Source: Vibrio vulnificus CMCP6 (GTDB taxonomy: Bacteria > Pseudomonadota > Gammaproteobacteria > Enterobacterales > Vibrionaceae). Taken from it: 32,000 nt of DNA. The notes under the pieces are model-generated. The model worked only from the letters and a program-made list of their open reading frames with translations. It did no database searches and was not told the DNA's origin. The stretch lies in assembly GCF_000039765.1 (NCBI RefSeq), contig NC_004460.2:570001-602000 (forward strand). The letters are read 5' to 3'. The position numbers were made by a program, and so were the translations under genes. Below, piece by piece: positions 19,485 to 29,542 of the stretch (the first letter of the stretch is position 1; each line of letters starts with the position of its first letter).

Positions 19485-21656
19485 ATGAAACTAAAATTGT
19501 CAGTTTTATCAATAGCATTGTTTGGCTTATACGGTTGTGGCGGCTCAGATTCAAACTCAAGCGCGACAGATTCAGCAACACCACCAACACAAACATATTC
19601 ATCACTGGTCAAAGCAACCCCTGTACCCACAAACGATTCCATATGTACTTCAGGTGGAATTAAAATAGATCTTGGTCTAGATAAAGATGATTCAAAAATA
19701 CTTGAAAATGGAGAAGTATTACAAAGCCACACATACTGCAACAGTGGAGTGAAGGTCATAGATGGAGACCTAGTTGTAAACAATGATGCTCTTGTCTCTG
19801 TTCTATCTATTGCTAAAAATGACGTTCGATGCAATTTAGGTGGACAATTAGTTATTGCTGGTATTGATGCTGACAATAATAACAAACTAAGTGAGCAAGA
19901 AATTTCTGAAGAGCACATTTTATGTAGTGACGGCGAATATATCGCACCTGACATTTTAATCAATGCAATTGTTGCGTCTCCTGCCGTAATACTTCCTAGT
20001 GAAACGACAACGATTACAGCCACCATCAGTAACTTAAGTGATAATGATACTCTGACTTGGTACGACAGTGACGATAATATCATTAGCCCAGTGTCAGTCA
20101 ATCAGCCCCAAGTCATTGCACTTACCGCAGGTAATACATCTGGTGTAATGAGTGCTAAATTAGAAGTAAAAAGAGTCCATCAAGATGGCTCGATCACTTT
20201 GCATGCACAAAAAATCAACGTCACCATTGCTGAAGCGCCGAGTAAAACTCAATCCGTGGTGATGGACAATACTCAGGTACTACTCCCTGAAGGCTACTCG
20301 ACCCAAAACATCACAGGTGATTTTAAAGGAGTGGTTATGTATGGAGAAGTTCCACAGCAAATTCAAAAATCAGGCATACCAACACCAGTAGGTACAGAAC
20401 TGATTGGCTTTACCAGTGAAAGACCTTCTCTATCACAGGGCTCAACAACAGTTGATATCCTTAACACACTAATGAGGTCATTGAATTCAACATTAGGCTA
20501 TCGCAACGACGTCACTGAAATATCGAAAAAAACTTTGGTAAATGGCGACATATCTGCTCGCTATAACATTTCCTTAAGTGAAACTAGACAAACTACGGCC
20601 TTACTCCAGCTGATTCTACAAACTATCGGAACCAACAAAGTGGGTGGAGTTGTTGACCAGCTCGTCGCCGATAACAACGAAAAAAATACCAACGCATTCC
20701 AGTTCGACATTGTGCTTTCGTTCGATGAACAAAAAGATAATGTGGTAATGACGAGTACTCTTATTGCTAAAGAACTCTTTAGTAAATACGAAACACTGAT
20801 CGATACAACCACCTCTGAAAGTGTTCGTGCGCCAGTAAATGCAACGATCAAAGTACAAAACGATACTATCACTGCTATTGAGCAGACAGTATCAAAAGCA
20901 GATTTTCTCTTTGTGATCGATAATTCTGGAAGTATGGGAGATGAACAAGATGAGATCAGTACTCTAACACAAACGTTTCTAGATGAAATTTCTGCTTCAG
21001 GTCTCGATTATAAAGTGGGAACAATTACAACTGATAATGACTCTCTAAGAGGGAATGGATTTACTCACGAGCCTGAGCAAATTGCCTTAGACTTTAAACC
21101 CGGAACAAACGGTAGCGGATACGAAAGAGGTATCTATTTTGCAGAAATGGCTTTAGCTCCAACTACAGGAACTGTTGCCGTTGCGGGTTACCCTCGAGCA
21201 GGAGCCTCTCTGTCAGTTATCATTATGAGTGATGAAGAAAGTCAATATCCGACAAGAGATTTTGACGTCAATAACAATCTGTTTGTAGATAATGGCTATC
21301 GTGTGTATTCCATAGTTGATCCAAGTGATGCTCGTGTTAGTCAATATGATGACTTATCTCAAACAAGCCTCGGTTTGGTTCTCAATATCAATGAGAAAAC
21401 CGAGTACAAACAGTTTATGACCGATATTGCGAACAATGCTGGAGCGTCAACTGTGGGGTATAAACTCGGGATAAACGACGCAAGTAAAGTCATTTCCACG
21501 TCTCTTTCAGTTAAAGTCGATGGTGTAGAAGTAACCCGAGACAAAGTAAACGGTTGGACTTATTATCCTCAAACAAACAGTATTAGCTTCCGCGGAACGG
21601 CTATTCCAGCAGCAGGAGCTGAGATTGTCATCGCCTACAACTATATTCAACTCTAA
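19485..21656 (+). CDS. VWA-domain lipoprotein with two N-terminal Cys/EF-hand-like modules
   Basis: MKLKLSVLSIALFGLYGCGG lipobox; MIDAS-like FLFVIDNSGSMGDEQDEI (from about 20919); two C..D-x-D..E..C modules (19644-19748 and 19830-19934). Confidence 0.85.
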   Translation: MKLKLSVLSIALFGLYGCGGSDSNSSATDSATPPTQTYSSLVKATPVPTNDSICTSGGIKIDLGLDKDDSKILENGEVLQSHTYCNSGVKVIDGDLVVNNDALVSVLSIAKNDVRCNLGGQLVIAGIDADNNNKLSEQEISEEHILCSDGEYIAPDILINAIVASPAVILPSETTTITATISNLSDNDTLTWYDSDDNIISPVSVNQPQVIALTAGNTSGVMSAKLEVKRVHQDGSITLHAQKINVTIAEAPSKTQSVVMDNTQVLLPEGYSTQNITGDFKGVVMYGEVPQQIQKSGIPTPVGTELIGFTSERPSLSQGSTTVDILNTLMRSLNSTLGYRNDVTEISKKTLVNGDISARYNISLSETRQTTALLQLILQTIGTNKVGGVVDQLVADNNEKNTNAFQFDIVLSFDEQKDNVVMTSTLIAKELFSKYETLIDTTTSESVRAPVNATIKVQNDTITAIEQTVSKADFLFVIDNSGSMGDEQDEISTLTQTFLDEISASGLDYKVGTITTDNDSLRGNGFTHEPEQIALDFKPGTNGSGYERGIYFAEMALAPTTGTVAVAGYPRAGASLSVIIMSDEESQYPTRDFDVNNNLFVDNGYRVYSIVDPSDARVSQYDDLSQTSLGLVLNINEKTEYKQFMTDIANNAGASTVGYKLGINDASKVISTSLSVKVDGVEVTRDKVNGWTYYPQTNSISFRGTAIPAAGAEIVIAYNYIQL

Positions 21657-21663
21657 AATTAAT

Positions 21664-21687
21664 AAGGCGCACCTAGCAGTGCGCCTT
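21664..21687 (+). terminator. Terminator hairpin after VWA lipoprotein gene
   Basis: AAGGCGCAC-CTAGCA-GTGCGCCTT, 8 nt after the stop codon. Confidence 0.65.
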
Positions 21688-22022
21688 TACCTCGTTACTC
21701 AATCGTGAGTCTGCGATTTGGGATTACTATAGATGCATCCCTGACAAAAAACGAGGAACTACAGTAGAGTTTTGATTCCATCCAAATTGTGTGTAAAACC
21801 TCAAATCCCTCCTTATCGAGCAGCATGTTGCTTTACGATTTAAGTGTGGTTCAGATTGGCGAATTTGCAAGTGATACACCTGTTTATTAATGATACCTCC
21901 ATCACATTTAGTGCATCGTTAAATACGATTTCTGCAAAGCTAATTTGCATCTTTACTGATTAAGGCGTAACAGTGGTCAGGCTTATAATTCGTGCTTCAA
22001 CTATTCGTGTCGGAGAAGGTAA

Positions 22023-23426
22023 ATGACCAAACGTGAGAGAATCATTCAGTCCGTATTAGTAAAAGTACCCAAGGACGCGATTAATCAGTTTCTCTCACAC
22101 GGATCAACCCCGATTTCTGTGCTCTTCCTTGCGGCACTGGTTGGCGTATTGGCAGGACTGGTTGGAACCTATTTCGAAATCGCCGTGCATTTTGTTTCTG
22201 AGACTCGGACGGAGTGGTTAAAGAGTGAAATTGGTCATTTGTTGCCCCTTTGGCTTGCGGCAATTTTGATCAGTGCAGCGCTTGCATTTGTGGGGTATTT
22301 TCTGGTTCATCGCTTTGCGCCAGAGGCAGCTGGCTCAGGTATCCCAGAAATCGAGGGGGCGATGGACAATATCCGCCCTGTCAGATGGTGGCGAGTCATC
22401 CCCGTGAAGTTTTTTGGCGGCATGGGGGCTCTGGGTTCAGGAATGGTGCTGGGCCGAGAAGGGCCTACTGTTCAGATGGGCGGCGCCGTTGGTCGCATGG
22501 TCACGGATATTTTCCGAGTGAAAGATGACGACACTCGCCACTCTTTACTTGCGTCAGGGGCGGCAGGTGGTTTGGCCGCCGCGTTTAATGCTCCTCTTGC
22601 GGGGATCATGTTCGTGGTCGAAGAGATGCGCCCACAATTTCGTTACTCGCTGATCTCTATTCGAGCCGTGATTATTTCTGCGGTCATGGCCAACATCGTG
22701 TTTCGTGCCATCAACGGCCAAGATGCGGTCATTACCATGCCGCAATATCAACCACCCGAGCTAAAAGCTTTGTGGCTCTTTTTGTTATTGGGCGGACTAT
22801 TTGGCGTTTTTGGTGTGCTGTTCAATAAACTGGTGACTGTTGCACAAGACGCCTTCGTTGCCTTGCACAAAAATGATCGCAAACGCTATTTGATCACCGG
22901 AACCTGTCTTGGTGGCATCTTTGGTTTGCTGTTGCTGTATGTTCCCGAGTTGACGGGCGGCGGCATTCATCTTATTCCAGACGTCACTAACGGCAACTAC
23001 AGCGTTTCTCTGCTGGTGATGCTCTTTGTTGGACGAGTGTTGACCACTTTAATCTGTTTTGGCTCAGGTGCACCCGGCGGGATTTTTGCGCCTATGTTGG
23101 CATTGGGCACGCTGTTTGGCTATGCATTTGGTGCCACAGCGAAAATTCTACTTCCCGATCTTCCCATCGAGCCGGGCATGTTCGCCATTGCGGGTATGGG
23201 CGCTTTGTTCGCCGCCACGGTTCGCGCTCCGATTACGGGAATTCTGCTCGTGATTGAAATGACCAACAACTATTACCTCATTTTGCCACTGATCATTACC
23301 AGTCTCGGCGCGGTAATCTGTGCGCAAATTTGTGGCGGTAAACCTATCTATAGCCAGCTTCTACACAGAACCATCAAGAACGATAAGTTACGTCAGCAAG
23401 ATCTGCCAGAGCAACAAAACTCGTAA
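22023..23426 (+). CDS. clcA: ClcA-type H+/Cl- exchange transporter
   Basis: APEAAGSGIPEIEGAMD; VLGREGPTVQMGGAVGR; GAAGGLAAAFNAPLAGIMFVVEEM; GSGAPGGIFAPMLALG: canonical ClC selectivity-filter motifs. Confidence 0.95.
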   Translation: MTKRERIIQSVLVKVPKDAINQFLSHGSTPISVLFLAALVGVLAGLVGTYFEIAVHFVSETRTEWLKSEIGHLLPLWLAAILISAALAFVGYFLVHRFAPEAAGSGIPEIEGAMDNIRPVRWWRVIPVKFFGGMGALGSGMVLGREGPTVQMGGAVGRMVTDIFRVKDDDTRHSLLASGAAGGLAAAFNAPLAGIMFVVEEMRPQFRYSLISIRAVIISAVMANIVFRAINGQDAVITMPQYQPPELKALWLFLLLGGLFGVFGVLFNKLVTVAQDAFVALHKNDRKRYLITGTCLGGIFGLLLLYVPELTGGGIHLIPDVTNGNYSVSLLVMLFVGRVLTTLICFGSGAPGGIFAPMLALGTLFGYAFGATAKILLPDLPIEPGMFAIAGMGALFAATVRAPITGILLVIEMTNNYYLILPLIITSLGAVICAQICGGKPIYSQLLHRTIKNDKLRQQDLPEQQNS

Positions 23427-23447
23427 AGATTCCTCACTAATAATGCA

Positions 23448-23471
23448 TCGGGATAAATGACTTTATCCCGA
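23448..23471 (+). terminator. Terminator after clcA
   Basis: TCGGGATAAA-TGAC-TTTATCCCGA followed by TTTTTT. Confidence 0.85.
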
Positions 23472-23580
23472 TTTTTTGCGCTGAATTCGATTTTTTCCAA
23501 GCAACAACCACACAAAGTTGATACCATCCCTGAGCCCATTTTTCTCATGCGCATCTGATTTCTTGAATGCACGGTTAAAT

Positions 23581-23646
23581 GGTGCTGATTCTTCTATTAA
23601 GTCATGGTTAAGTGGTGCTGATTCTTCTATTAAGTCATGGTTAAGT
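23581..23646. repeat. 33-bp direct tandem repeat, two perfect copies plus short partial flank
   Basis: (GGTGCTGATTCTTCTATTAAGTCATGGTTAAGT)x2, preceded by GGTTAAAT at 23573-23580 as a degenerate repeat end. Confidence 0.95.
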
Positions 23647-23702
23647 GGGAACGGATCCTCACTCAAAAAAGGTAGTGCGTCGAATTGAGGTTAAATTCGC
23701 AA

Positions 23703-24674
23703 ATGGAATTTTCGCTGAATTGGAGAAGGCTAGTTCAAGTCCAAAGTGTTCCCCCTTCTCAAGCTGCATTAGCGTTGGGCATGATTGGTTTGGGTCAAGC
23801 TTGGGCGCTCTATTTACCAGAAGTTGGCGTACCTATTCGTCCTTTCCTTGCGGCTTTTGGTGCGATATTACTCTTACCTGTATTGGCCAAATACGCCACC
23901 AACGCTAAAACCTTTCTCAACGATATTCGTCATCCTTTGAGTGGAAGTTTGATGGCTCCGATGAGTATGGCGCTGTTGGTGTTGTGTGATTATTTGGCGG
24001 TCGTATCTCCGTTGATCGCCTACCCTCTTTGGTTTATGGCGGTTTTGCTGCACTTTACCATGATGGTGCTGTTTTTCAGTTTCCAAATCATGAATTTCAA
24101 GATGTCCAATATTGTGCCAAGCTGGTTCCTCTATCCTGTGGGATTGATTAGCAGCTCATTGGCTGGTTCTCAATTTGGACACAATGTCTTTTCAGAAACA
24201 CTGGCTATGGTCTGCATTGGGATCTATTTCTTCCTACTGCCTCTGGTTCTCTACCGATTGGTGTTTTTTGGCTCTCTGCCTAAACGAGCAAGGCCAACAT
24301 TAGCCATCATGGCCGCTCCGGTTAACCTTTCGCTAGCCGCATACTTGGTGAACTTCAAAGAGCCAGACCCTATCCTCACAGGCGCTTTAGCGGGCATTGC
24401 CATTACCATGACTCTGCTGATTTACCTGTGCTACATTCGATTACTGAGATTGAAGTTCCAACCCTCCATCGCGGCCGTTACCTTCCCATCGGTGATCAGT
24501 GCCATTGCGATGCATCGCTTAACCGCATTTTTTGCCGAGTCCCACCCTCAATGGGCATGGCTGCATGATTTTGGCTTTCTTGAACTGAGCATTGCCACCG
24601 TGCTTGTTGTGTGGGTATCTGCTGGCTACGTTAAGATGTATTGGCCTGAGGTGTTCAACAAAAATCCAATATAA
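23703..24674 (+). CDS. TDT / SLAC1-family transporter (TehA-like)
   Basis: About 10 hydrophobic segments, e.g. FLNDIRHPLSGSLMAPMSMALLVL and AYPLWFMAVLLHFTMMVLFFSFQIM. ORF track uses TTG 23685; ATG at 23703 is the more likely start. Confidence 0.8.
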   Translation: MEFSLNWRRLVQVQSVPPSQAALALGMIGLGQAWALYLPEVGVPIRPFLAAFGAILLLPVLAKYATNAKTFLNDIRHPLSGSLMAPMSMALLVLCDYLAVVSPLIAYPLWFMAVLLHFTMMVLFFSFQIMNFKMSNIVPSWFLYPVGLISSSLAGSQFGHNVFSETLAMVCIGIYFFLLPLVLYRLVFFGSLPKRARPTLAIMAAPVNLSLAAYLVNFKEPDPILTGALAGIAITMTLLIYLCYIRLLRLKFQPSIAAVTFPSVISAIAMHRLTAFFAESHPQWAWLHDFGFLELSIATVLVVWVSAGYVKMYWPEVFNKNPI

Positions 24675-24676
24675 TG

Positions 24677-24696
24677 ATGGCCTCATTTGAGGCCAT
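24677..24696. terminator. Hairpin between convergent transporter genes
   Basis: ATGGCCTCA-TT-TGAGGCCAT; weak T-tract. Confidence 0.5.
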
Positions 24697-24717
24697 TCGC
24701 TATTTACCTAAGTCCCT

Positions 24718-25956
24718 CTAGCTAACAAACTTCGCGATGAAGTTGCCGATGTTCGTTAAACTGGATGCCCCCATTACGATAACAATCGCTACGCCCGTCA
24801 ACGTCAAGTACATCGGATGTTGGTAGTCCCCCACAATATCTTTGCGTCTTGTTGCCAACAAAACGGTCCCCAGTACAACAGGGAGAATAATGCTATTCAC
24901 TAAACCTGCCAGCATCAGCAGAAGAATAGGCATATCCATGCATACGGTGCCAAGTGAGGTTAGAACAATGAAACCCACACACCATGATTTTTCGTTTCTT
25001 GCGACAAACGGGAACAGCGTCTTAATCAGTGAGATCGCCATGTACGAGTTGCCAACCACCGATGTGATTGAAGCGACGAACAGAACCAAACCAAAGATGA
25101 AGTAGCCGAGTTGACCAGCGCCTTGTCGAAAAGCATCAGCAGCGGGGTTCGCCGTGTCCAATGTCGCACCTGTTGCGATAACACCAAATACCGCCAAAAA
25201 TAGCAGAATTCGGATAACCACTGCGATAGAAATGCCCGCCCACGCCGTTGATGTAATAGACGGTACATTTTCTTTGCCCTTCAAGCCAATATCGACCAAA
25301 CGTTGAGCACCTGTGTAGTAACCGCCAACAGCACCACCAACAATAGTCAGTGTAGGCAGTAGCAAACTGCCGATATCCGTAGGCATCACCGCGGCACTTA
25401 GGGTTTCCCCCATTGGTGGTAGGCTTGTCATGGCAACATACGCAATCAGCACAATCATAAACAAGCCAAGGTATCGCGCCATTTGGTCCATTCGTTTGGA
25501 AGCGTTATGCACCACAAATAGCAAGCAACCGATCAATCCCGTAAACAGAGCTCCCCACGTCGTGTCTACGCCCGTTAACACATTGATGCCCAATGCAGCA
25601 CCACTGACGTTACCAAAGTTAAACGCCACAGCGCCAAGCGCAAGGAGAACACCTACGCCATACCCCATCCCCGGCGCCACTTTGTTCGCAATATCTTGGA
25701 TACGCAGGCCAGAAACACCAACAATACGCCATAAGTTCATGACGATACCAAAGGTGATAAAGATCGAAGCCAAAACGGGAAACGCCATGTCGACTTTGTA
25801 GAGGTTGGTGAAGACAGCGGTTTGAGTTAAAAAGCCGGGGCCAACAGACGTCGTCGCCATCAAAAACGCGACACTTAGCATGGCTTTCTTTTGCCAATGG
25901 TTTTCGGGTACTTGAGTAGAAATAGAGGAAGTGATGATAGTGCTTTGTGTCGTCAT
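24718..25956 (-). CDS. NRAMP-family-like divalent metal/cation transporter
   Basis: ATG at 25956 (MTTQSTIITSS...); SVGPGFLTQTAVFTNLYKVDMAFPVLASIF in the conserved first TM; about 11 hydrophobic segments. Confidence 0.75.
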   Translation of the reverse strand: MTTQSTIITSSISTQVPENHWQKKAMLSVAFLMATTSVGPGFLTQTAVFTNLYKVDMAFPVLASIFITFGIVMNLWRIVGVSGLRIQDIANKVAPGMGYGVGVLLALGAVAFNFGNVSGAALGINVLTGVDTTWGALFTGLIGCLLFVVHNASKRMDQMARYLGLFMIVLIAYVAMTSLPPMGETLSAAVMPTDIGSLLLPTLTIVGGAVGGYYTGAQRLVDIGLKGKENVPSITSTAWAGISIAVVIRILLFLAVFGVIATGATLDTANPAADAFRQGAGQLGYFIFGLVLFVASITSVVGNSYMAISLIKTLFPFVARNEKSWCVGFIVLTSLGTVCMDMPILLLMLAGLVNSIILPVVLGTVLLATRRKDIVGDYQHPMYLTLTGVAIVIVMGASSLTNIGNFIAKFVS

Positions 25957-26173
25957 GCTGGTTCTCAAATTTGTTGTCTTTCTATTATTAGAAAAATAGA
26001 AAGACAACTGACCGAGATCAGCTGAACTTAGCGTGGTATTTCTTTTAAAACAAACAATTACAAGTTGTAGTCGTTCATTGGGCGCACATACTAAAAGCAA
26101 CGAATGTGACTGTCAACACGCAATTCCATAAATATTTATATTGCTGCTTGCTTAACGATTAACTCAATACAAA

Positions 26174-26198
26174 AAAGGATGGCATTTCGCCATCCTTT
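26174..26198 (-). terminator. Terminator downstream of folE
   Basis: AAAGGATGGC-ATTTC-GCCATCCTTT with a flanking A run on the + strand (U tract on the minus-strand transcript). Confidence 0.8.
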
Positions 26199-26221
26199 AT
26201 CAAACTGAGTGTTCACTTGCA

Positions 26222-26875
26222 TTAACGCAGACCGTGCAGAAACTCGGCTCGTGTCGCTGGGTTACTCTTAAAAATGCCACCCAATGCGGTTGTGGTGGTT
26301 TCACTGGTCGCGTCCATCACGCCGCGAGACTTCACGCAATAGTGTGTTGCGTCGATGGTTACCGCAACGTCATCCGATTCGAGTAAGGTTTGCAACGCCA
26401 CTAGAATCTGTTGTGTCATGCGCTCTTGCACCTGAGGGCGTTGCGCAAAGAAACGAACAATGCGGTTGATCTTAGATAAACCAATGATTTTTCCGCGAGG
26501 AATATAGGCCACTGCCGCTTTGCCATCGATGGTCACCAAATGATGCTCGCAGGTGCTGGTTAAGGTGATCTCTTTCACTCGAACCATCTCGCTGACGTTC
26601 ATCTTATTTTCAATCACCGTGATCTTAGGGAAGTTCTGATAATCAAGGCCGGAAAAAACTTCGTCGACGTACATTTTAGCAATGCGTCTTGGCGTCTCTT
26701 CCAAACTATCGTCGGTCAGATCCAGTTCAAGCAAAGAAAGGATCTCACGCATGTGGTGTTCGATTTTCTCTTTCTTTTCTTCACGACTGAATTGGTTCGG
26801 CACCATCGGCGTTTCCAAACCGCGCTTTTCTAACGCTTGTTTAACCAGTTGGGCGGATTCGCTAAGACCTGACAT
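26222..26875 (-). CDS. folE: GTP cyclohydrolase I
   Basis: [18 protein letters not shown]; [54 protein letters not shown]; [15 protein letters not shown]. Confidence 0.97.
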   Translation of the reverse strand: MSGLSESAQLVKQALEKRGLETPMVPNQFSREEKKEKIEHHMREILSLLELDLTDDSLEETPRRIAKMYVDEVFSGLDYQNFPKITVIENKMNVSEMVRVKEITLTSTCEHHLVTIDGKAAVAYIPRGKIIGLSKINRIVRFFAQRPQVQERMTQQILVALQTLLESDDVAVTIDATHYCVKSRGVMDATSETTTTALGGIFKSNPATRAEFLHGLR

Positions 26876-27050
26876 TCCACTTCCTCTTACATCTCAAGAC
26901 TCTCATAAAGGGAAGAATACCCCTTTAGGATGGCTGACAAGGATACTCGGATTTTTGAATAATTACACCCATATTTTACTGAGGGTCATTCGTGCCACTC
27001 ATCGATTTGTGCTAAAGTGCGCTAAAACCATAATTCAACGGAAATTCAAT

Positions 27051-28286
27051 ATGGGCTGTTGTGATGCACCTGGCTTAATGCCAATTGAAGATGCGATGGA
27101 AAAAATGCTTTCCCGCATTAAACCGATTCAAACAACGTTAAAACTACCGCTTGCTGAAGCGCTTGGTTATGTCTTAGCTGAAGATATTCTTTCCCCTATT
27201 AACGTGCCTCCTTTTGATAACTCTGCAATGGATGGATACGCGATTCGCATTGCCGATTTAGAGCACAACCAACCACTACCGCTTGCGGGCAAGTCATTTG
27301 CAGGCCAGCCTTTTGACGGGGAATGGCCGCAAAATAGCTGCATTCGCATCATGACAGGCGCAAAAATCCCGGCAGGCTGTGACGCCGTCATCATGCAGGA
27401 AAACACCGAAGTAAGCGACGAAGGTATTGTCATCCAACAGTGCCAGATTAAGCCGAACGAAAACATTCGACCAACAGGCGACGATATCCAAGCGGGTGAC
27501 TTAGTCTTGGCCCAAGGGGCTCGCCTCACGCCTCGTGATATTCCAATGATTGCTTCTTTAGGCATCAGCCACGTCACAGTGGTCAGAAAACCACGTGTTG
27601 CTTTCTTTTCTACTGGTGACGAGCTCAAATCGCTCGGTGAACCACTATTGGAAGGTCAGATCTACGATAGCAACCGCTACGGCATTAAGCCGCTAATTGA
27701 AAACTTTGGCTGCGAAGCCATCGACCTCGGCATCATTCCTGATTGCCCTGAAACATTGAAAGCCACCTTCGAAAAAGCCCAATCACTAGCGGATGTGGTA
27801 GTGACTTCTGGTGGCGTAAGCGTGGGCGAAGCCGACTACACCAAAGACATTTTGGAACAGCTAGGCGAAATCGGTTTTTGGAAACTTGCGATCAAGCCGG
27901 GTAAACCCTTTGCTTTTGGCAAACTCAGCACCGCGTGGTTCTGCGGTCTGCCAGGTAACCCCGTTTCAGCCGTTTTAACTATGTATGTTTTGGTTCAGCC
28001 GATGCTGGCCAAATTGGCGGGCCATTCGCAATGGAAAGCTCCGGAGTCTATCCCTGCCACAACACGTACGGCATTTAAAAAGGCACCCGGCCGTACCGAC
28101 TACCAACGCGGTATTTACACCATTGAAAATGGTCAGTTCTTTGTCGAAACGACAGGAAATCAAAGCTCCGGCGCGTTTCGTTCAATGAGCTTGGCAAATT
28201 GTTTTGTGGTTTTAGAGCGAGAGCGTGGACGTGTTGAAGTCGGTGAAACCGTCAATATCGAATTGTTTAACTCAACCCTGTTTTAG
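27051..28286 (+). CDS. moeA: Molybdopterin molybdenumtransferase MoeA
   Basis: ORF extends to 26682, but the MoeA N-terminus [23 protein letters not shown] begins at ATG 27051; [12 protein letters not shown]; [21 protein letters not shown]; [19 protein letters not shown]; KPFAFGKL...GLPGNPVS. Confidence 0.96.
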   Translation: MGCCDAPGLMPIEDAMEKMLSRIKPIQTTLKLPLAEALGYVLAEDILSPINVPPFDNSAMDGYAIRIADLEHNQPLPLAGKSFAGQPFDGEWPQNSCIRIMTGAKIPAGCDAVIMQENTEVSDEGIVIQQCQIKPNENIRPTGDDIQAGDLVLAQGARLTPRDIPMIASLGISHVTVVRKPRVAFFSTGDELKSLGEPLLEGQIYDSNRYGIKPLIENFGCEAIDLGIIPDCPETLKATFEKAQSLADVVVTSGGVSVGEADYTKDILEQLGEIGFWKLAIKPGKPFAFGKLSTAWFCGLPGNPVSAVLTMYVLVQPMLAKLAGHSQWKAPESIPATTRTAFKKAPGRTDYQRGIYTIENGQFFVETTGNQSSGAFRSMSLANCFVVLERERGRVEVGETVNIELFNSTLF

Positions 28287-28295
28287 GAGCTGAAG

Positions 28296-29072
28296 GTGGA
28301 GATTCTTTCCGATAAGGAAATGCTGCGCTATAACCGCCAAATCATCCTACGTCAGTTTGATTTTGAAGGCCAAGAAGCTCTCAAACAAAGTTCCATCTTA
28401 ATTTTGGGTGCTGGTGGTCTTGGCTGCGCTGCGAGTCAATATCTGGCGACAGCGGGTGTCGGCAAGCTGACATTGATTGACGACGATATTGTTGAGTTGT
28501 CGAATTTGCAGCGCCAAGTCTTGCATCACGATGCTGATATTGGGCGTAAAAAAGTCGAGTCCGCCGCTCAGTCGCTACGAGAGCTGAATCCTCACATTGA
28601 AGTGGTAACGGTGGCGCAGCGTCTTAGCGACTCTGAGCTTGAAACTTTGATTAAAAACCACAGCTTAGTGTTGGATGCCAGTGACAACGTGGAGACACGC
28701 AATCAATTGAATCGCCTCTGCTTTGCGACCAAAACGCCATTGGTATCCGGCGCTGCGATTCGCATGGAAGGTCAGGTGAGTGTTTTTACCTATCAAAACG
28801 CTAACGAGCCTTGCTATCAATGTCTTAGCGCACTGTTTGGCTCAAATGCGCTGAGTTGTGTCGAAGCGGGGGTCATGGCACCTGTCGTTGGCATCATAGG
28901 CGCCGTACAAGCCATGGAAGCGATTAAAGTGTTGGCTCACTTTGGTACCCCCAAAAGCGGTAAAATTTTGATCCTTGACGCCATGACGATGTCTTGGCGA
29001 GAAATGAATCTCATGAAACTGCCCGCTTGCCCAGTGTGCAACGATGATTCACAACGCACCAGCCAGACTTGA
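28296..29072 (+). CDS. moeB: Molybdopterin-synthase adenylyltransferase MoeB
   Basis: RYNRQIILRQFDFEGQEALKQSSILILGAGGLGCAASQYLATAGVGKLTLIDDD; CYQCL and CPVC zinc-binding cysteines; 10 nt after moeA. Confidence 0.94.
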   Translation: MEILSDKEMLRYNRQIILRQFDFEGQEALKQSSILILGAGGLGCAASQYLATAGVGKLTLIDDDIVELSNLQRQVLHHDADIGRKKVESAAQSLRELNPHIEVVTVAQRLSDSELETLIKNHSLVLDASDNVETRNQLNRLCFATKTPLVSGAAIRMEGQVSVFTYQNANEPCYQCLSALFGSNALSCVEAGVMAPVVGIIGAVQAMEAIKVLAHFGTPKSGKILILDAMTMSWREMNLMKLPACPVCNDDSQRTSQT

Positions 29073-29079
29073 TTGAAAG

Positions 29080-29109
29080 GCCCTCTTCTATTGTCGAGGG
29101 CTTTTTTTT
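29080..29109 (+). terminator. Terminator after moeB
   Basis: GCCCTC...GAGGGC followed by TTTTTTTT. Confidence 0.75.
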
Positions 29110-29218
29110 AACGCTCCACTTGTGCCGTGGTTGCGATGGAAGGAAATGGTTACAACGGAAGGAAATTGTTTTATCTTGGCCCTAAACGCTAATAACCAAT
29201 TGTTTTGACGAGCATTCG

Positions 29219-29530
29219 ATGAGACCACTCATAAAAGGATTTGGATTACTGTTGTCAGGCATCGTTTTGCTTCTGTTGCTGCAACACCTGCTCAGAGATA
29301 AGCCGGACAATGAGAGGCTTCACGCAATACTGCTTAGCAATACGTTAACTCAATCTTTAGATGGGCATCGACGTTATTTAACGGTCAAGCTCCCCGATTC
29401 CAGCGTGCTGAGATTGACGGTCAAACCCGACAATAATTGTCAGCCACCTGCGCAAGTGCTTTTAGCCAAAGGAACAAATGCGCTCACCGAGCAACCTAGC
29501 TATCACTTTATCGAATGCCAGAAACCATAA
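29219..29530 (+). CDS. Small hypothetical protein with N-terminal membrane/signal segment
   Basis: MRPLIKGFGLLLSGIVLLLLLQHLLRD..., 103 aa, 12 nt upstream of the sulfurtransferase gene. Confidence 0.6.
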   Translation: MRPLIKGFGLLLSGIVLLLLLQHLLRDKPDNERLHAILLSNTLTQSLDGHRRYLTVKLPDSSVLRLTVKPDNNCQPPAQVLLAKGTNALTEQPSYHFIECQKP

Positions 29531-29542
29531 GGAAATCACTCT

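Noticed and set aside
19409-20101. 230-aa - strand ORF
   Set aside because: Antisense to the VWA lipoprotein N-terminal half; no family resemblance. The sense frame has lipobox and domain evidence.
23463-23666. 67-aa - strand ORF with repeated NHDLIEESAPL
   Set aside because: Overlaps the clcA terminator hairpin, and its repeats come only from the 33-bp DNA repeat. Kept as a repeat observation, not as a gene.
26682-27050. N-terminal extension of the moeA ORF
   Set aside because: Overlaps folE on the opposite strand, and MoeA similarity starts at the ATG at 27051.
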